The notes under the pieces: generated by a model
What the model was told of the DNA's origin: nothing
Databases searched by the model: none
The model's input: only the letters and a program-made list of their open reading frames with translations
DNA from: an uncultured Candidatus Saccharibacteria bacterium
GTDB lineage: Bacteria; Patescibacteriota; Minisyncoccia; Phycocordibacterales; JAACPR01
Assembly: GCA_964470825.1 (NCBI GenBank)
Contig: CAYYEF010000002.1
Coordinates: 1-62,035, forward strand
Length of the DNA stretch: 62,035 bases
Direction of reading: 5' to 3'
Shown: positions 53,642 to 62,035 of the stretch, one piece after another
Layout of the letters: the number at the start of each line of letters is the position of its first letter
How positions within the stretch are numbered: position 1 is the first letter of the stretch
Position numbers and translations under genes: made by a program

Positions 53642-55585
53642 ATGAATAATCAATTAATTGAGGGGCAAATTATCATTACTAGCAAAGGCTTAGGCTTCTT
53701 AAAAAACCCTGAAACCGGCAAAGATATAAATATTGATACTTATAAACTAAATAAGGCCTTAAATAACGATAAAGTTAGGGTCAAAATATTGTCACAAAAT
53801 AATGATGTTTCTATTGGTGAGGTTGTTGAGATCATTTCACGTGATCGTGAACAATTCGTGGGAACAGTAAAATTAGAGGCTGAGCAAGTTCGTGTTATTC
53901 CAGATAATCGTCGTATTCATGTTGATTTTAATTTAAATAAAGAAGATGTAGAAAAAGTCTCTGATAATCAAAAAGTTTTAATCAAACTTGATTCTTGGGA
54001 AAAAGCTGATGAAAATCCCAACGCAAAACTTTTAAAAATATTTGGACAAAAAGGTGAGCACGAAGTTGAAATGCAATCTATTATTTATGAAAAAGGTTTT
54101 CAATCTGAATTCCCTGAAAAAATTGAAGCTGAAGCTGAGGCTTTAAAAAAAGTTTGGTCCCCTATTCCCGCCGATGAAATTTCTAAACGCCGAGACATGC
54201 GCGATGCCGATGTCATGACTATTGACCCGATCGACGCCAAAGACTTCGATGATGCTTTGCATATTAAAAAACTAGACGATGGAAATTTTGAAGTTGGTGT
54301 GCACATTGCTGATGTTTCTCATTATGTAACCCCTGGTAGCGAACTTGATCGCGAAGCTGCTGATCGGGCTTTCTCTGTTTATTTGGTTGATCGAACTATT
54401 CCTATGTTACCGGAAGTGCTTTCAAATGATTTGTGTTCTCTAAATCCTCTAGAAGAAAAATTAGCGTTCAGTGCGGTTTTCAAAATGAATACTAATGGTG
54501 ATGTTTTAGAACGCTGGTTTGGTAAAACTGTTATTAAATCTAAAAAGCGTTTTTCATATGAAGAAGCTCAGGCTGTTTTAGATGCTGAAACTGGTCCTTT
54601 TGTTGAAGAATTGCAAATTTTAAATAGTATGGCTAAAAAAATGGCTACTCGTAAAAAAGAAGCTGGTGCCATTGAGTTTGAAAAAGAAGAAATTAAATTT
54701 GAATTAGATAAAGATGGTCGTCCGATTCGAATTATTAAGAAAGCTCGAATGGATACTCATAAATTGGTGGAGGAATTTATGCTTTTAGCTAACCGAGAGA
54801 TTGCTAAATACATGTATGAACAAAATAAAAATTTTGGTGGCAACAATATTGGTTTGATGTATCGAGTTCACGACGTTCCTAACCCAGAAAGAATTGCAGA
54901 CCTAGCAATATTTTTGAAAGCCTTGGGTTATGAGCTACAAGTCGATGAAGATGGTGATGTTACGGCTCAAGATATTAATAATCTATTGATGCAAGTGACT
55001 GGAAAACCTGAGGAAACTTTAATTAAAACTGCCACTGTTCGAACCATGAGCAAAGCCATTTACTCTCCAATTAACACAGGACACTTTGGTCTAGCTTTCG
55101 ATTATTACACCCACTTTACTTCACCGATTCGTCGTTATCCAGACTTATTAGTTCATAGAATTGTGTTCTCATATTTACAGGGCAAGCAAATGGATCAAAA
55201 AACCTTACAGCATTTAGAAAATTCTGCAGTAAAGTCTAGCCAACGAGAAGTTTCTGCTGCTGAAGCCGAACGAGAATCTATTAAATATAAGCAAGCTGAA
55301 TTTATGCAGGATCATATTGGAGAAGCTTTCGATGGAATTATTTCTGGAGTCACAAAATGGGGTGTTTATGTAGTGCTTAATGATACTTTGTCAGAAGGCA
55401 TGATTCATATTTCAAAACTTGGAAACGATTTCTTTAATTTTGATGAGAAAAAATATGCAATTGTTGGCGAAAGAACTGGAAGAAAATTTACTCTGGGTGA
55501 CACAATAAAAGTAAAAATTGAAAAAATCGACTTAGACAAAAAAGCTATCGATATGACACTTGTAGAAGAAATTAAAAAAGCTTAA
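53642..55585 (+). CDS. rnr: ribonuclease R (RNase II/R family 3'-5' exoribonuclease)
   Basis: RNB catalytic motifs TIDPIDAKDFDDAL, HFTSPIRRYPDLLVHR; C-terminal S1 domain. Confidence 0.93.
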   Translation: MNNQLIEGQIIITSKGLGFLKNPETGKDINIDTYKLNKALNNDKVRVKILSQNNDVSIGEVVEIISRDREQFVGTVKLEAEQVRVIPDNRRIHVDFNLNKEDVEKVSDNQKVLIKLDSWEKADENPNAKLLKIFGQKGEHEVEMQSIIYEKGFQSEFPEKIEAEAEALKKVWSPIPADEISKRRDMRDADVMTIDPIDAKDFDDALHIKKLDDGNFEVGVHIADVSHYVTPGSELDREAADRAFSVYLVDRTIPMLPEVLSNDLCSLNPLEEKLAFSAVFKMNTNGDVLERWFGKTVIKSKKRFSYEEAQAVLDAETGPFVEELQILNSMAKKMATRKKEAGAIEFEKEEIKFELDKDGRPIRIIKKARMDTHKLVEEFMLLANREIAKYMYEQNKNFGGNNIGLMYRVHDVPNPERIADLAIFLKALGYELQVDEDGDVTAQDINNLLMQVTGKPEETLIKTATVRTMSKAIYSPINTGHFGLAFDYYTHFTSPIRRYPDLLVHRIVFSYLQGKQMDQKTLQHLENSAVKSSQREVSAAEAERESIKYKQAEFMQDHIGEAFDGIISGVTKWGVYVVLNDTLSEGMIHISKLGNDFFNFDEKKYAIVGERTGRKFTLGDTIKVKIEKIDLDKKAIDMTLVEEIKKA

Positions 55586-57823
55586 TTATTTAGCCCACTG
55601 AACACCTTCATCAAAAGCAATTGAAAGAAGTTGTGACAAACCATTGGTCATAGTTACTCCATATAAAATACCGGCACGACTCATAGTTTCTCGATTGTGA
55701 GTAATTAAAATCAATTGAGAATATTTAGACAAGTTTTCAATCATGTCGCTGTATTTTCGACTGTTTGATTCATCAAGAGCAGCATCAGTTTCATCAAGAA
55801 TAATAAATGGGGGAGGATTTACTTGAGAAATAGCAAACAAAAGGGCAATAGATGTTAGAGCGCGTTCACCACCAGAGAGCATCATCAAGCCACGAATTTT
55901 TTTCTTTGGTAAAGAAACATTCAAATCAATTCCCTCCTCAGCTTCTTCAGGAATTTCAAATTCAGCTTCACCATCTTCACCTAAACCTAAGTCAGTATCG
56001 CGTTTTTTACGCACTTCGGTTTTAACGACTTGAAGAGAAGCGCTACCACCACCAAACATAAGTTCAAAGAATTTTTGGAATTCACTATTAATTTTCTGAA
56101 TACCTTCTTTGAATTTAGTATCTATTTTATTTTCTAAATCTAAAATAATTTCGTTTAGAGAAGCAGATGACTTTTCTAAATCAGCAATTTCATTAACCAA
56201 AAACCTATCGCGCTCTTCCACCTCCTGGAATTCTTTCACTACTTCTTCGCCAGAACCGACGCCCATTTCTTCTACTTTTATTTTCATTCTTTCTAATTTA
56301 CGACGGTTTTCATTTTGTTCTTCGCGAGTTTGTGCAATATATTTTTGTTCCAAATCAATATTTTCATATTCTAAAACATCACGACCAACCAAAACAGCAG
56401 CCTCGGTTAATTCTTGTTTAAAGCTTCTCTCATCTCTTTCAAAAGCATCTCGACGAATAGCAAAACTAGACATCACTCGTTGTAATTCATTTTTCTCAGT
56501 CATCAAACCAATAATTTTCTTTTCAGATTCAACAGTGTTTGATTTATCAGCTTCCAAAATTTCTCGCTTTTTATTCAGCCCATCACGCAAAGCAATTTCA
56601 TTAGCTTCATATTCTTTAATTTTATTGGCCAAATCTTGCTTTTGATTTTCGATTCGATTTAAATCTGCACTAAAATCAATCTGGTGATCATTATGTTCCA
56701 CTTTTGAAGCAATAAAATTTCGAACAGAATTTAAAATATTTTTGATAATTTCCCGCAAAGTATTTACGTCTTCACTTTGACTATTTTCAAATTTCTCGAT
56801 TTCAGATTTTAGATTTTCCAACTCAGCTTTTTGAATTGAAACAGATTCTTCAGGCACAATAGTTTTTTGACGCTCAATAATTTTTTCAATAGAAGACAAT
56901 TCTCCTTCTAATTGACCCATTTCACGGTTTGCAGCATTTTTATTTTGATATACAGCATTCAGTTGTGATTCAATACTTTTAATAGAACCCAAAACCTCAT
57001 TATTTTTATTAGATTCTGAACGAGCTTGAAGATTATTAATTTCTGCTTCAATTTCCTGCAAGCGTTTTACCGGCGTATCAATTTCCTGTTCGATGGCAGT
57101 TTTTTCACCAGCTAAATATTTTGCTTCTTGATTTAAATAATTTTTATAAAAAGTTTTAAGCTCTTCGCGTAATAGCCGACCCTGTTCAATTTTCTCAACT
57201 TGCTTCTTTAAAAATTTAATATGAGGAGCAATTTCTCGACGCAAAGATTCAACTTGTGCAATATTTTCTAAAGTCTTTTCTAGCTTTTTCTGACTTTCCA
57301 TTTTCTTGTATTGGAAAATTCGCAAACCTAGTGCGTCTTCCAAAATTTCTTTACGTTCTTTGATAGAAGCATTCAAAATCCTGTCGGCTTCACCCTGAGA
57401 GATAATATGATGACCACTAGAGCCGATATTGGCATTAGCCAAAAGTTCAGAAACATCTTTCAAACGCACCTGAGAATTATTAATCAAATATTCATTGCTA
57501 CCGTCATGATTAACAATACGTTCTAAAATTACTTCATCATAGTCGATTGGCAGCCGCTTGTCGGAATTATCAAAAAAAACTTTAACTGAGGCACGAGGCT
57601 GTTTAGGGATTTGCTGATTACCACTAAAAATCAAATCACCGCCCTTTTTACCTCGCATTGATTTAATAGATTGTTCACCCAAAACAAAACGAAAAGATTC
57701 GGCAATATTAGATTTGCCCGAACCATTAGGCCCTACAATAGCAGAAATAGGCGCATCAAATTCTAGACGCACCTTTTTTCCAAAAGATTTAAACCCACTT
57801 ATTTCAAGAGCTTTTAAACGCAT
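55586..57823 (-). CDS. smc: SMC-family chromosome condensation ATPase, unusually short (745 aa), no recognisable hinge
   Basis: N-head FKSFG...GPNGSGKSNI; C-head LSGGERALTSIALLFA..., ILDETDAALD; continuous E/K/L/Q-rich coiled coil between; rnc-smc synteny. Confidence 0.85.
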   Translation of the reverse strand: MRLKALEISGFKSFGKKVRLEFDAPISAIVGPNGSGKSNIAESFRFVLGEQSIKSMRGKKGGDLIFSGNQQIPKQPRASVKVFFDNSDKRLPIDYDEVILERIVNHDGSNEYLINNSQVRLKDVSELLANANIGSSGHHIISQGEADRILNASIKERKEILEDALGLRIFQYKKMESQKKLEKTLENIAQVESLRREIAPHIKFLKKQVEKIEQGRLLREELKTFYKNYLNQEAKYLAGEKTAIEQEIDTPVKRLQEIEAEINNLQARSESNKNNEVLGSIKSIESQLNAVYQNKNAANREMGQLEGELSSIEKIIERQKTIVPEESVSIQKAELENLKSEIEKFENSQSEDVNTLREIIKNILNSVRNFIASKVEHNDHQIDFSADLNRIENQKQDLANKIKEYEANEIALRDGLNKKREILEADKSNTVESEKKIIGLMTEKNELQRVMSSFAIRRDAFERDERSFKQELTEAAVLVGRDVLEYENIDLEQKYIAQTREEQNENRRKLERMKIKVEEMGVGSGEEVVKEFQEVEERDRFLVNEIADLEKSSASLNEIILDLENKIDTKFKEGIQKINSEFQKFFELMFGGGSASLQVVKTEVRKKRDTDLGLGEDGEAEFEIPEEAEEGIDLNVSLPKKKIRGLMMLSGGERALTSIALLFAISQVNPPPFIILDETDAALDESNSRKYSDMIENLSKYSQLILITHNRETMSRAGILYGVTMTNGLSQLLSIAFDEGVQWAK

Positions 57824-57829
57824 TTATGT

Positions 57830-57838
57830 ATTATAGCA
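57830..57838 (-). promoter_or_regulatory. extended -10 TGcTATAAT, 6 nt from smc ATG 57823 (leaderless-type)
   Basis: read on minus strand. Confidence 0.45.
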
Positions 57839-57868
57839 ATAATTAGAGCGCTTCGTGAAGTTAATAAA

Positions 57869-58558
57869 TTAACTCCATTTATTCTCAACTATAATTTTTC
57901 GAGCGGCTTCTTGTTCAGCTTCTTGTTTTGATTTACCTGAACCTTCTGCTTTATTTTCATCTCCAAAAAATACTGCTACTGTAAAAGTTTTATCATGATC
58001 TGGTCCAGTCTCACGAACAGTTTCGTAACGTGGAGTGATACCCAATTTATCTTGAACAATTTCTTGCAATTTACTTTTTGCATCCATCCATAAACCTTTT
58101 TCAACAATTTTATCCAAAGTAGGAATTAGATTTTTGTGAATAAATGTTTGTGCAGCTTCATAACCTAAATCTAGAAACATTGCTCCGACTACAGACTCAA
58201 AAGTATTAGCAAGGATATATTGTCTGGCACGACCAGTGTCTTTAGCTTCACCTCGTGATAATAGTAGGAATTCGTTAAAACCTAAACTATGAGCAACATC
58301 AGAAATCGACACAGTATTAACCAGGGCAGAGCGAAGGGCAGTTAAATCCCCTTCATTTTTATTTGGATAAAGTTTATATAAATATTCAGTTGTTACTAAT
58401 TCTAAAACAGCATCTCCTAAAAACTCGAGACGTTCGTTATGTTCTATACCAGCTTTGCGATTTTCATTTAAATAAGAGCGATGTGTGAAGGCTTGTTTTA
58501 AAAGCTCACTGTTATTAAAATGAAAACCGATTTTTTCTTCAATTTTTGAAAAATCCAT
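57869..58558 (-). CDS. rnc: ribonuclease III
   Basis: signature ERLEFLGDAVLE, C-terminal dsRBD (GPDHDKTFTV...GSGKSKQEAEQEAA). Confidence 0.95.
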   Translation of the reverse strand: MDFSKIEEKIGFHFNNSELLKQAFTHRSYLNENRKAGIEHNERLEFLGDAVLELVTTEYLYKLYPNKNEGDLTALRSALVNTVSISDVAHSLGFNEFLLLSRGEAKDTGRARQYILANTFESVVGAMFLDLGYEAAQTFIHKNLIPTLDKIVEKGLWMDAKSKLQEIVQDKLGITPRYETVRETGPDHDKTFTVAVFFGDENKAEGSGKSKQEAEQEAARKIIVENKWS

Positions 58559-58581
58559 ATTTTATAAGTTAAGTAACAAAA

Positions 58582-59490
58582 CTATTTTGAAACTGCACTA
58601 AGTTCTGCAATCTTCTTAACAGCCTTTGTCACTAATGGCAGAATATCATCATAAAAATTCAAGTCAAGAATCTCTTTTAATTTGAACCATTTTGCATCAT
58701 CAAGACCTCCAGATTCTCCTAATTCTAAAGGTTTATATTCAGACTCTGCTAGAAAATAAATGACTTGTTTTCGGTGTTTACCTTTTTCGGGATGGTTAGC
58801 TACGTATTCATTATTACCAATTTCCTCAATTACACGGATATCGAGACCAAGCTCTTCTTTAATTTCTCTTAAAACACCTTCTTCTGCTGGTTCATCTTTT
58901 TCGATACCGCCTTTTGATAATGTCCAATGTCCAAAAACATCATGAACAAGAGCAATATAAATATCTCCTTCGTGTAAAGAATAAATTACAGCACCGGCTT
59001 TTCTTTCAATTGGCATTTCTTCAAATGGGATGTCGCTCTTACTTTTTGGTTTATCATCTTTACCCGGCTCTCCAATTTCTCTGTACACTGCACCTAATAC
59101 ACCATTAATAAAACGACCTGATGATTCTCCGCCAAAAGTTTTTCCAAGTTCAATTGCTTCATTAATCGCCACTTTTGCAGGAACTTCGTTGCGATCAGCA
59201 AATAAAAGCTCGGCTAATCCAAGTCTTAAAATGTTTCTATCTATAATGGAGATTTTTTCTATGGGCCAATCTGGTGCAGCTTTTGAAATAATTTGATCGA
59301 TCTCAGAATATTTACCCAAAATTATTTTTGTAAGATTAGTCATGAAAGAAATTTCTGCTGCTCCAGGAGCAAACTCTTCCATGTTTCTAATCAAAATATC
59401 TTCCGCAATTTTTTCATTGCGTTCTTCTTTAAAATCTAATTCAAACAAAGTTTGAAGTACTATCGATCTTGAAAGGTGCCGGTTTGCCAT
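58582..59490 (-). CDS. nusB: NusB antitermination factor fused to a C-terminal Nudix hydrolase domain (302 aa)
   Basis: NusB fold over aa 1-140 (RSIVLQTLFELDF..., DRNILRLGLAELLF, AINEAIELGKTFGGESSGRFINGVL); perfect Nudix box GGIEKDEPAEEGVLREIKEELGL at aa 194-216 (nt 58843-58911). Confidence 0.85.
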   Translation of the reverse strand: MANRHLSRSIVLQTLFELDFKEERNEKIAEDILIRNMEEFAPGAAEISFMTNLTKIILGKYSEIDQIISKAAPDWPIEKISIIDRNILRLGLAELLFADRNEVPAKVAINEAIELGKTFGGESSGRFINGVLGAVYREIGEPGKDDKPKSKSDIPFEEMPIERKAGAVIYSLHEGDIYIALVHDVFGHWTLSKGGIEKDEPAEEGVLREIKEELGLDIRVIEEIGNNEYVANHPEKGKHRKQVIYFLAESEYKPLELGESGGLDDAKWFKLKEILDLNFYDDILPLVTKAVKKIAELSAVSK

Positions 59491-59546
59491 AATGTATTAC
59501 TTTTTAATTATACACGAAAATCTTTTAAAAAAGCAAATATATAAAA

Positions 59547-59581
59547 ATAAAAAAACCGTTTCATTTCTGAGACGGTTTTTT
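59547..59581. terminator. intrinsic terminator after rpmF (A-run/T-run on both sides)
   Basis: stem CCGTTTC / GAGACGG (7 bp, one wobble) with a 6-nt loop. Confidence 0.6.
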
Positions 59582-59584
59582 AAA

Positions 59585-59785
59585 TTATTTTTTCGCTAAA
59601 GCTTTCTTTTCAATTTTTTTAGTTACGTTCACAACTTCTCGGCCTTTGTATTTACCAGTAGTTGGAGAAACTCGGTGCTTCATATGAACACCATCAGCAT
59701 CATTAACTAATGCTGGGTTTTTTAATTTATCGTGAGCTCGGCGGTTGCCTGTGTGAGCCCGTGTATGTCGCATTCTTACTGTCAT
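59585..59785 (-). CDS. rpmF: 50S ribosomal protein L32
   Basis: MTVRMRHTRAHTGNRRAHDKL...HMKHRVSPTTGKYKGREVV matches the L32 pattern; the track start 59824 is TTG, the ATG at 59785 sits 10 nt after a TTGCCA-N17-TACTCT promoter. Confidence 0.88.
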   Translation of the reverse strand: MTVRMRHTRAHTGNRRAHDKLKNPALVNDADGVHMKHRVSPTTGKYKGREVVNVTKKIEKKALAKK

Positions 59786-59795
59786 AATGGAATAA

Positions 59796-59824
59796 AGAGT
59801 AGCAGATAAGTCCTTTTTTGGCAA
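59796..59824 (-). promoter_or_regulatory. predicted promoter TTGCCA-N17-TACTCT for rpmF
   Basis: read on minus strand. Confidence 0.45.
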
Positions 59825-59850
59825 GACACAATCAAATTACAAGGCTTATT

Positions 59851-60450
59851 CTATAGATTCTTTAAATAAGTCAATCGGTGAATTCTAGAAACCCCGTGCT
59901 TTTTAATGGCTTTCATGTGTTTTGAAGTGCCGTAGCCTTTGTGTTGATCGAGGCCGTATTCAGGAAATTCTTCATGAAATTCTGTCATTTTTCTATCGCG
60001 TAAAACTTTAGCGATAATGGAGGCGCAGGAAATGACAGGAATTTTTTCGTCGCCTTTAATAACGGTTTCTTGGTTAGGAAATTCAGCTGGGGCATTTAAT
60101 GAGCCGTCTAAAAATATTTTGTCGGTCGGAGCAACTTTTAATTCTTGTAAAGTTTCCGCAATTAATTTTTGAATACAAATAGAAATACCAATGGTGTCTA
60201 TGTCACTGGCGGTTTTTGATAAGCAAGAATATTCGATAATTTTCTTTTTTTCTAATTCAGCAAATTTCGCAAACCATTCTTCTCTCTTTTTTTCAGAAAG
60301 TTTTTTCGAGTCTCTTAACTTATCAAAAAATTTAGCTACCTCTAATTTTTCATACTCAATCTCTAAAATTTTAAAAGCACAAATAGTAACTGGTCCTGCT
60401 ACAGGTCCACGTCCAACTTCGTCTATACCAATTAGAAAACATTTATTCAT
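59851..60450 (-). CDS. rnhB: ribonuclease HII
   Basis: GIDEVGRGPVAGPV, SKKLS, ASIIAKV, GYG(T)S motifs. Confidence 0.94.
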   Translation of the reverse strand: MNKCFLIGIDEVGRGPVAGPVTICAFKILEIEYEKLEVAKFFDKLRDSKKLSEKKREEWFAKFAELEKKKIIEYSCLSKTASDIDTIGISICIQKLIAETLQELKVAPTDKIFLDGSLNAPAEFPNQETVIKGDEKIPVISCASIIAKVLRDRKMTEFHEEFPEYGLDQHKGYGTSKHMKAIKKHGVSRIHRLTYLKNL

Positions 60451-60459
60451 TAAGGATAA

Positions 60460-60465
60460 ATTATA
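60460..60465 (-). promoter_or_regulatory. -10 box TATAAT, 9 nt from rnhB ATG 60450 (leaderless-type)
   Basis: read on minus strand. Confidence 0.4.
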
Positions 60466-60492
60466 TACAATTCATTTCAAAAAACTATCTGC

Positions 60493-60498
60493 TATAAT
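60493..60498 (+). promoter_or_regulatory. -10 box TATAAT, 6 nt from dnaE ATG 60505 (leaderless-type)
   Basis: read directly. Confidence 0.45.
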
Positions 60499-60504
60499 AA
60501 CCCC

Positions 60505-62035
60505 ATGAAATCATTTGTCCATCTACATACTCATAGCCATTTTAGTCTTTTAACCGCCCTACCTAAAATAGATGAGTTAATCAAAGCCGCTAAAGACGAT
60601 GGTCAAACTGCCCTAGCACTAACTGATAATTGTAATTTATATGGAGCTATTGAATTTTTTCAGAAATGTAAAAAAGCCGAGATCAAACCTATTATTGGTA
60701 TAGATGCTTATATGGCCGCCAGAACTCGCCATGACAAAGAATCTCGAATCGACAATCGTCGCACCCGTTTAGTTTTACTTGCTAAAAATAATGCGGGTTA
60801 TAAAAATCTAATTAAGTTAGTAACAGACGCTCATCTAGAAGGTTTTTATTACAAACCTCGTATTGATAAAGAATTGGTAGAAAAATATAAAAATGATTTA
60901 GTTTGTATATCACCTTTTTTCAGTAGTGAAATTTCAAACTCTTTAAAGTTAAATGATTTTAAAAAAGCTACTGAGTATGCTGATTTTTATAAAAAAATTT
61001 TTGGAGATGATTTTTATTTAGAAATTACACATCACCCAGAAATTGAAGGCATGCTTGAACTTAAAAATAATTTAGTAAAGTTCGCTAAAGAAAATAATAT
61101 TAAAATATGCGCAGCTCATGACGTATATTATATTAAACCTGAAGATCGAGAGGCTAGAGAAACCCTTGTCTCTGTTCAAAACACTTTTGGTGGAGACCGT
61201 GAGAGCAAAGAAAGTTCTGATGATTTTTCTTTCATCTCTCAAAAAAAGGCTAATCAATATTTTGCTGATTTACCAGAAGCCCTTGAAAATACAGCCAAAA
61301 TTGCTGAGCAATGTGAATTTACCGTTGAGCTTGGTAAATGGAAATTTCCAAAATATGAAATTACTCTTGGAAAAAATGCAGATGAAGAATTAGAAATTCG
61401 TGCTCGCCAAGGTATCAAAGACAAAGGCCTTATACACGATGAGGTTTTAGAAAAACGTCTTGTGTATGAATTAGAAGTTATTAAAAACAAAGGTTATTCA
61501 AATTATTTTCTAGTAGTGGCTGATATTTTGCGCTTCACTCGAGAAAATCAAATTTTCAGTAATACTCGAGGATCCGCAGCTGGCGCCCTTGTTTCATATC
61601 TTGTTGGTATCACTATTGTAGATCCCATTAAATTAAATTTGCCATTCGAACGATTTTTAAACCCTGAACGGCCCTCTGCTCCCGATATCGATATGGACTT
61701 TGCGGATGAAAAGCGCGACGCCGTAATTGATTATGTGCGTGGTAAATATGGTGCTGACAAAGTCGGTCAGATTGGAACTTTCGGTACCATGCTTGCTCGT
61801 GGTTCTGTGCGCGATACTGCTCGTGCTATGGGTTACGAATATCAAGTCGGAGATCAAATTTCAAAATTAATTCCAATGGGTGCTCAAGGTTTTCCCATGA
61901 CTATTGATCGCGCTTTAGCCGAAGTGCCAGAATTAGCCGAGTTATATAAAAAAGATGACGACTCTAGAAAAGTCATTAACATGGCTAAAAAAATTGAAGG
62001 TTGTGCTCGTCACATCGGTGTTCATGCTGCCGGCG
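60505..62035 (+). CDS. dnaE: DNA polymerase III alpha subunit, N-terminal 510 codons (runs off window end; absent from the ORF track because there is no stop)
   Basis: hand translation MKSFVHLHTHSHFSLL... (PHP domain), ...NTRGSAAGALVSYLVGIT..., PDIDMDFA..., ...HIGVHAAG. Confidence 0.93.
   Translation, partial: MKSFVHLHTHSHFSLLTALPKIDELIKAAKDDGQTALALTDNCNLYGAIEFFQKCKKAEIKPIIGIDAYMAARTRHDKESRIDNRRTRLVLLAKNNAGYKNLIKLVTDAHLEGFYYKPRIDKELVEKYKNDLVCISPFFSSEISNSLKLNDFKKATEYADFYKKIFGDDFYLEITHHPEIEGMLELKNNLVKFAKENNIKICAAHDVYYIKPEDREARETLVSVQNTFGGDRESKESSDDFSFISQKKANQYFADLPEALENTAKIAEQCEFTVELGKWKFPKYEITLGKNADEELEIRARQGIKDKGLIHDEVLEKRLVYELEVIKNKGYSNYFLVVADILRFTRENQIFSNTRGSAAGALVSYLVGITIVDPIKLNLPFERFLNPERPSAPDIDMDFADEKRDAVIDYVRGKYGADKVGQIGTFGTMLARGSVRDTARAMGYEYQVGDQISKLIPMGAQGFPMTIDRALAEVPELAELYKKDDDSRKVINMAKKIEGCARHIGVHAAG

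Noticed and set aside
55583-55588. Abutting convergent stops of rnr and smc with no terminator hairpin, considered as a possible regulatory antisense overlap.
   Set aside because: This is a plain consequence of tight packing. No structure or conserved motif is visible, and nothing can be tested from the sequence alone.
56109-56645. A 178-aa Ser-rich ORF antisense to smc. Similar long shadow ORFs are at 46022..46519 (in rpoC), 48625..48969 (in rpoB), 1239..1577 (in rpoA) and 17223..17645.
   Set aside because: These are typical shadow frames opposite E/K/L-rich or highly expressed genes. They show low-complexity composition, no start-site signals, and full overlap with confidently identified genes.
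60451-60504. The strand switch rnhB(-)/dnaE(+) as a possible replication origin.
   Set aside because: The spacer is only 54 nt, there is no cluster of DnaA-box-like 9-mers, and no dnaA or dnaN is nearby. It is simply a divergent promoter region.

Overview
This is a 62 kb AT-rich window (about 30-35% GC by hand sampling). It consists almost entirely of core information-processing and envelope genes and looks like a small-genome Patescibacteria/CPR-type bacterium; that assignment is an inference from gene content and domain architectures, not a search result.

I call 59 complete CDS, 2 partial CDS (an unidentified fragment at 1..40 and dnaE at 60505..62035) and one tRNA-Ala(UGC). 51 of the 61 CDS are on the minus strand.

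Main blocks:
- Alpha-operon tail: infA-rpmJ-rpsM-rpsK-rpsD-rpoA-rplQ-rplM-rpsI.
- alaS, mnmA, two mltG paralogs, leuS, ychF, ddl.
- uvrC/uvrA/uvrB interleaved with small GC-shifted cargo genes.
- tgt, hisS, uppP, a UvrD-type helicase/Cas4-type nuclease fusion, and a divergent zur/zupT pair.
- A trmD-rpoB-rpoC-dnaG-rpoD run.
- rpsP-KH, rnr, rpmF, a NusB-Nudix fusion, rnc, a short smc, rnhB and dnaE.

I recognised no rRNA, CRISPR array, transposase, integrase, phage module or classical defence operon, and I cannot point to a clear multi-gene novel system.

Best leads:
1. TGA is completely absent, both as a stop (47 TAA / 12 TAG / 0 TGA) and in frame.
2. A -10 box sits 6-10 nt before the ATG at about 19 operon-leading genes, with essentially no Shine-Dalgarno sequences, which suggests pervasive leaderless mRNAs.
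3. Unusual architectures of core genes: the NusB-Nudix fusion, a 745-aa SMC with no visible hinge, AlaRS without the C-Ala domain, and UvrC without the HhH domain.
4. Four compositionally atypical single-gene or two-gene islets with their own terminators: one next to tRNA-Ala and three between the uvr genes.
5. An actin-fold ATPase plus a bitopic membrane partner sitting where secY-adk-map normally precede infA.

Several ORF-track N-termini start at TTG/GTG and look over-extended. I re-set those starts to internal ATGs supported by homology and promoter position. All functional calls come from motif recognition by eye; no database search was possible.
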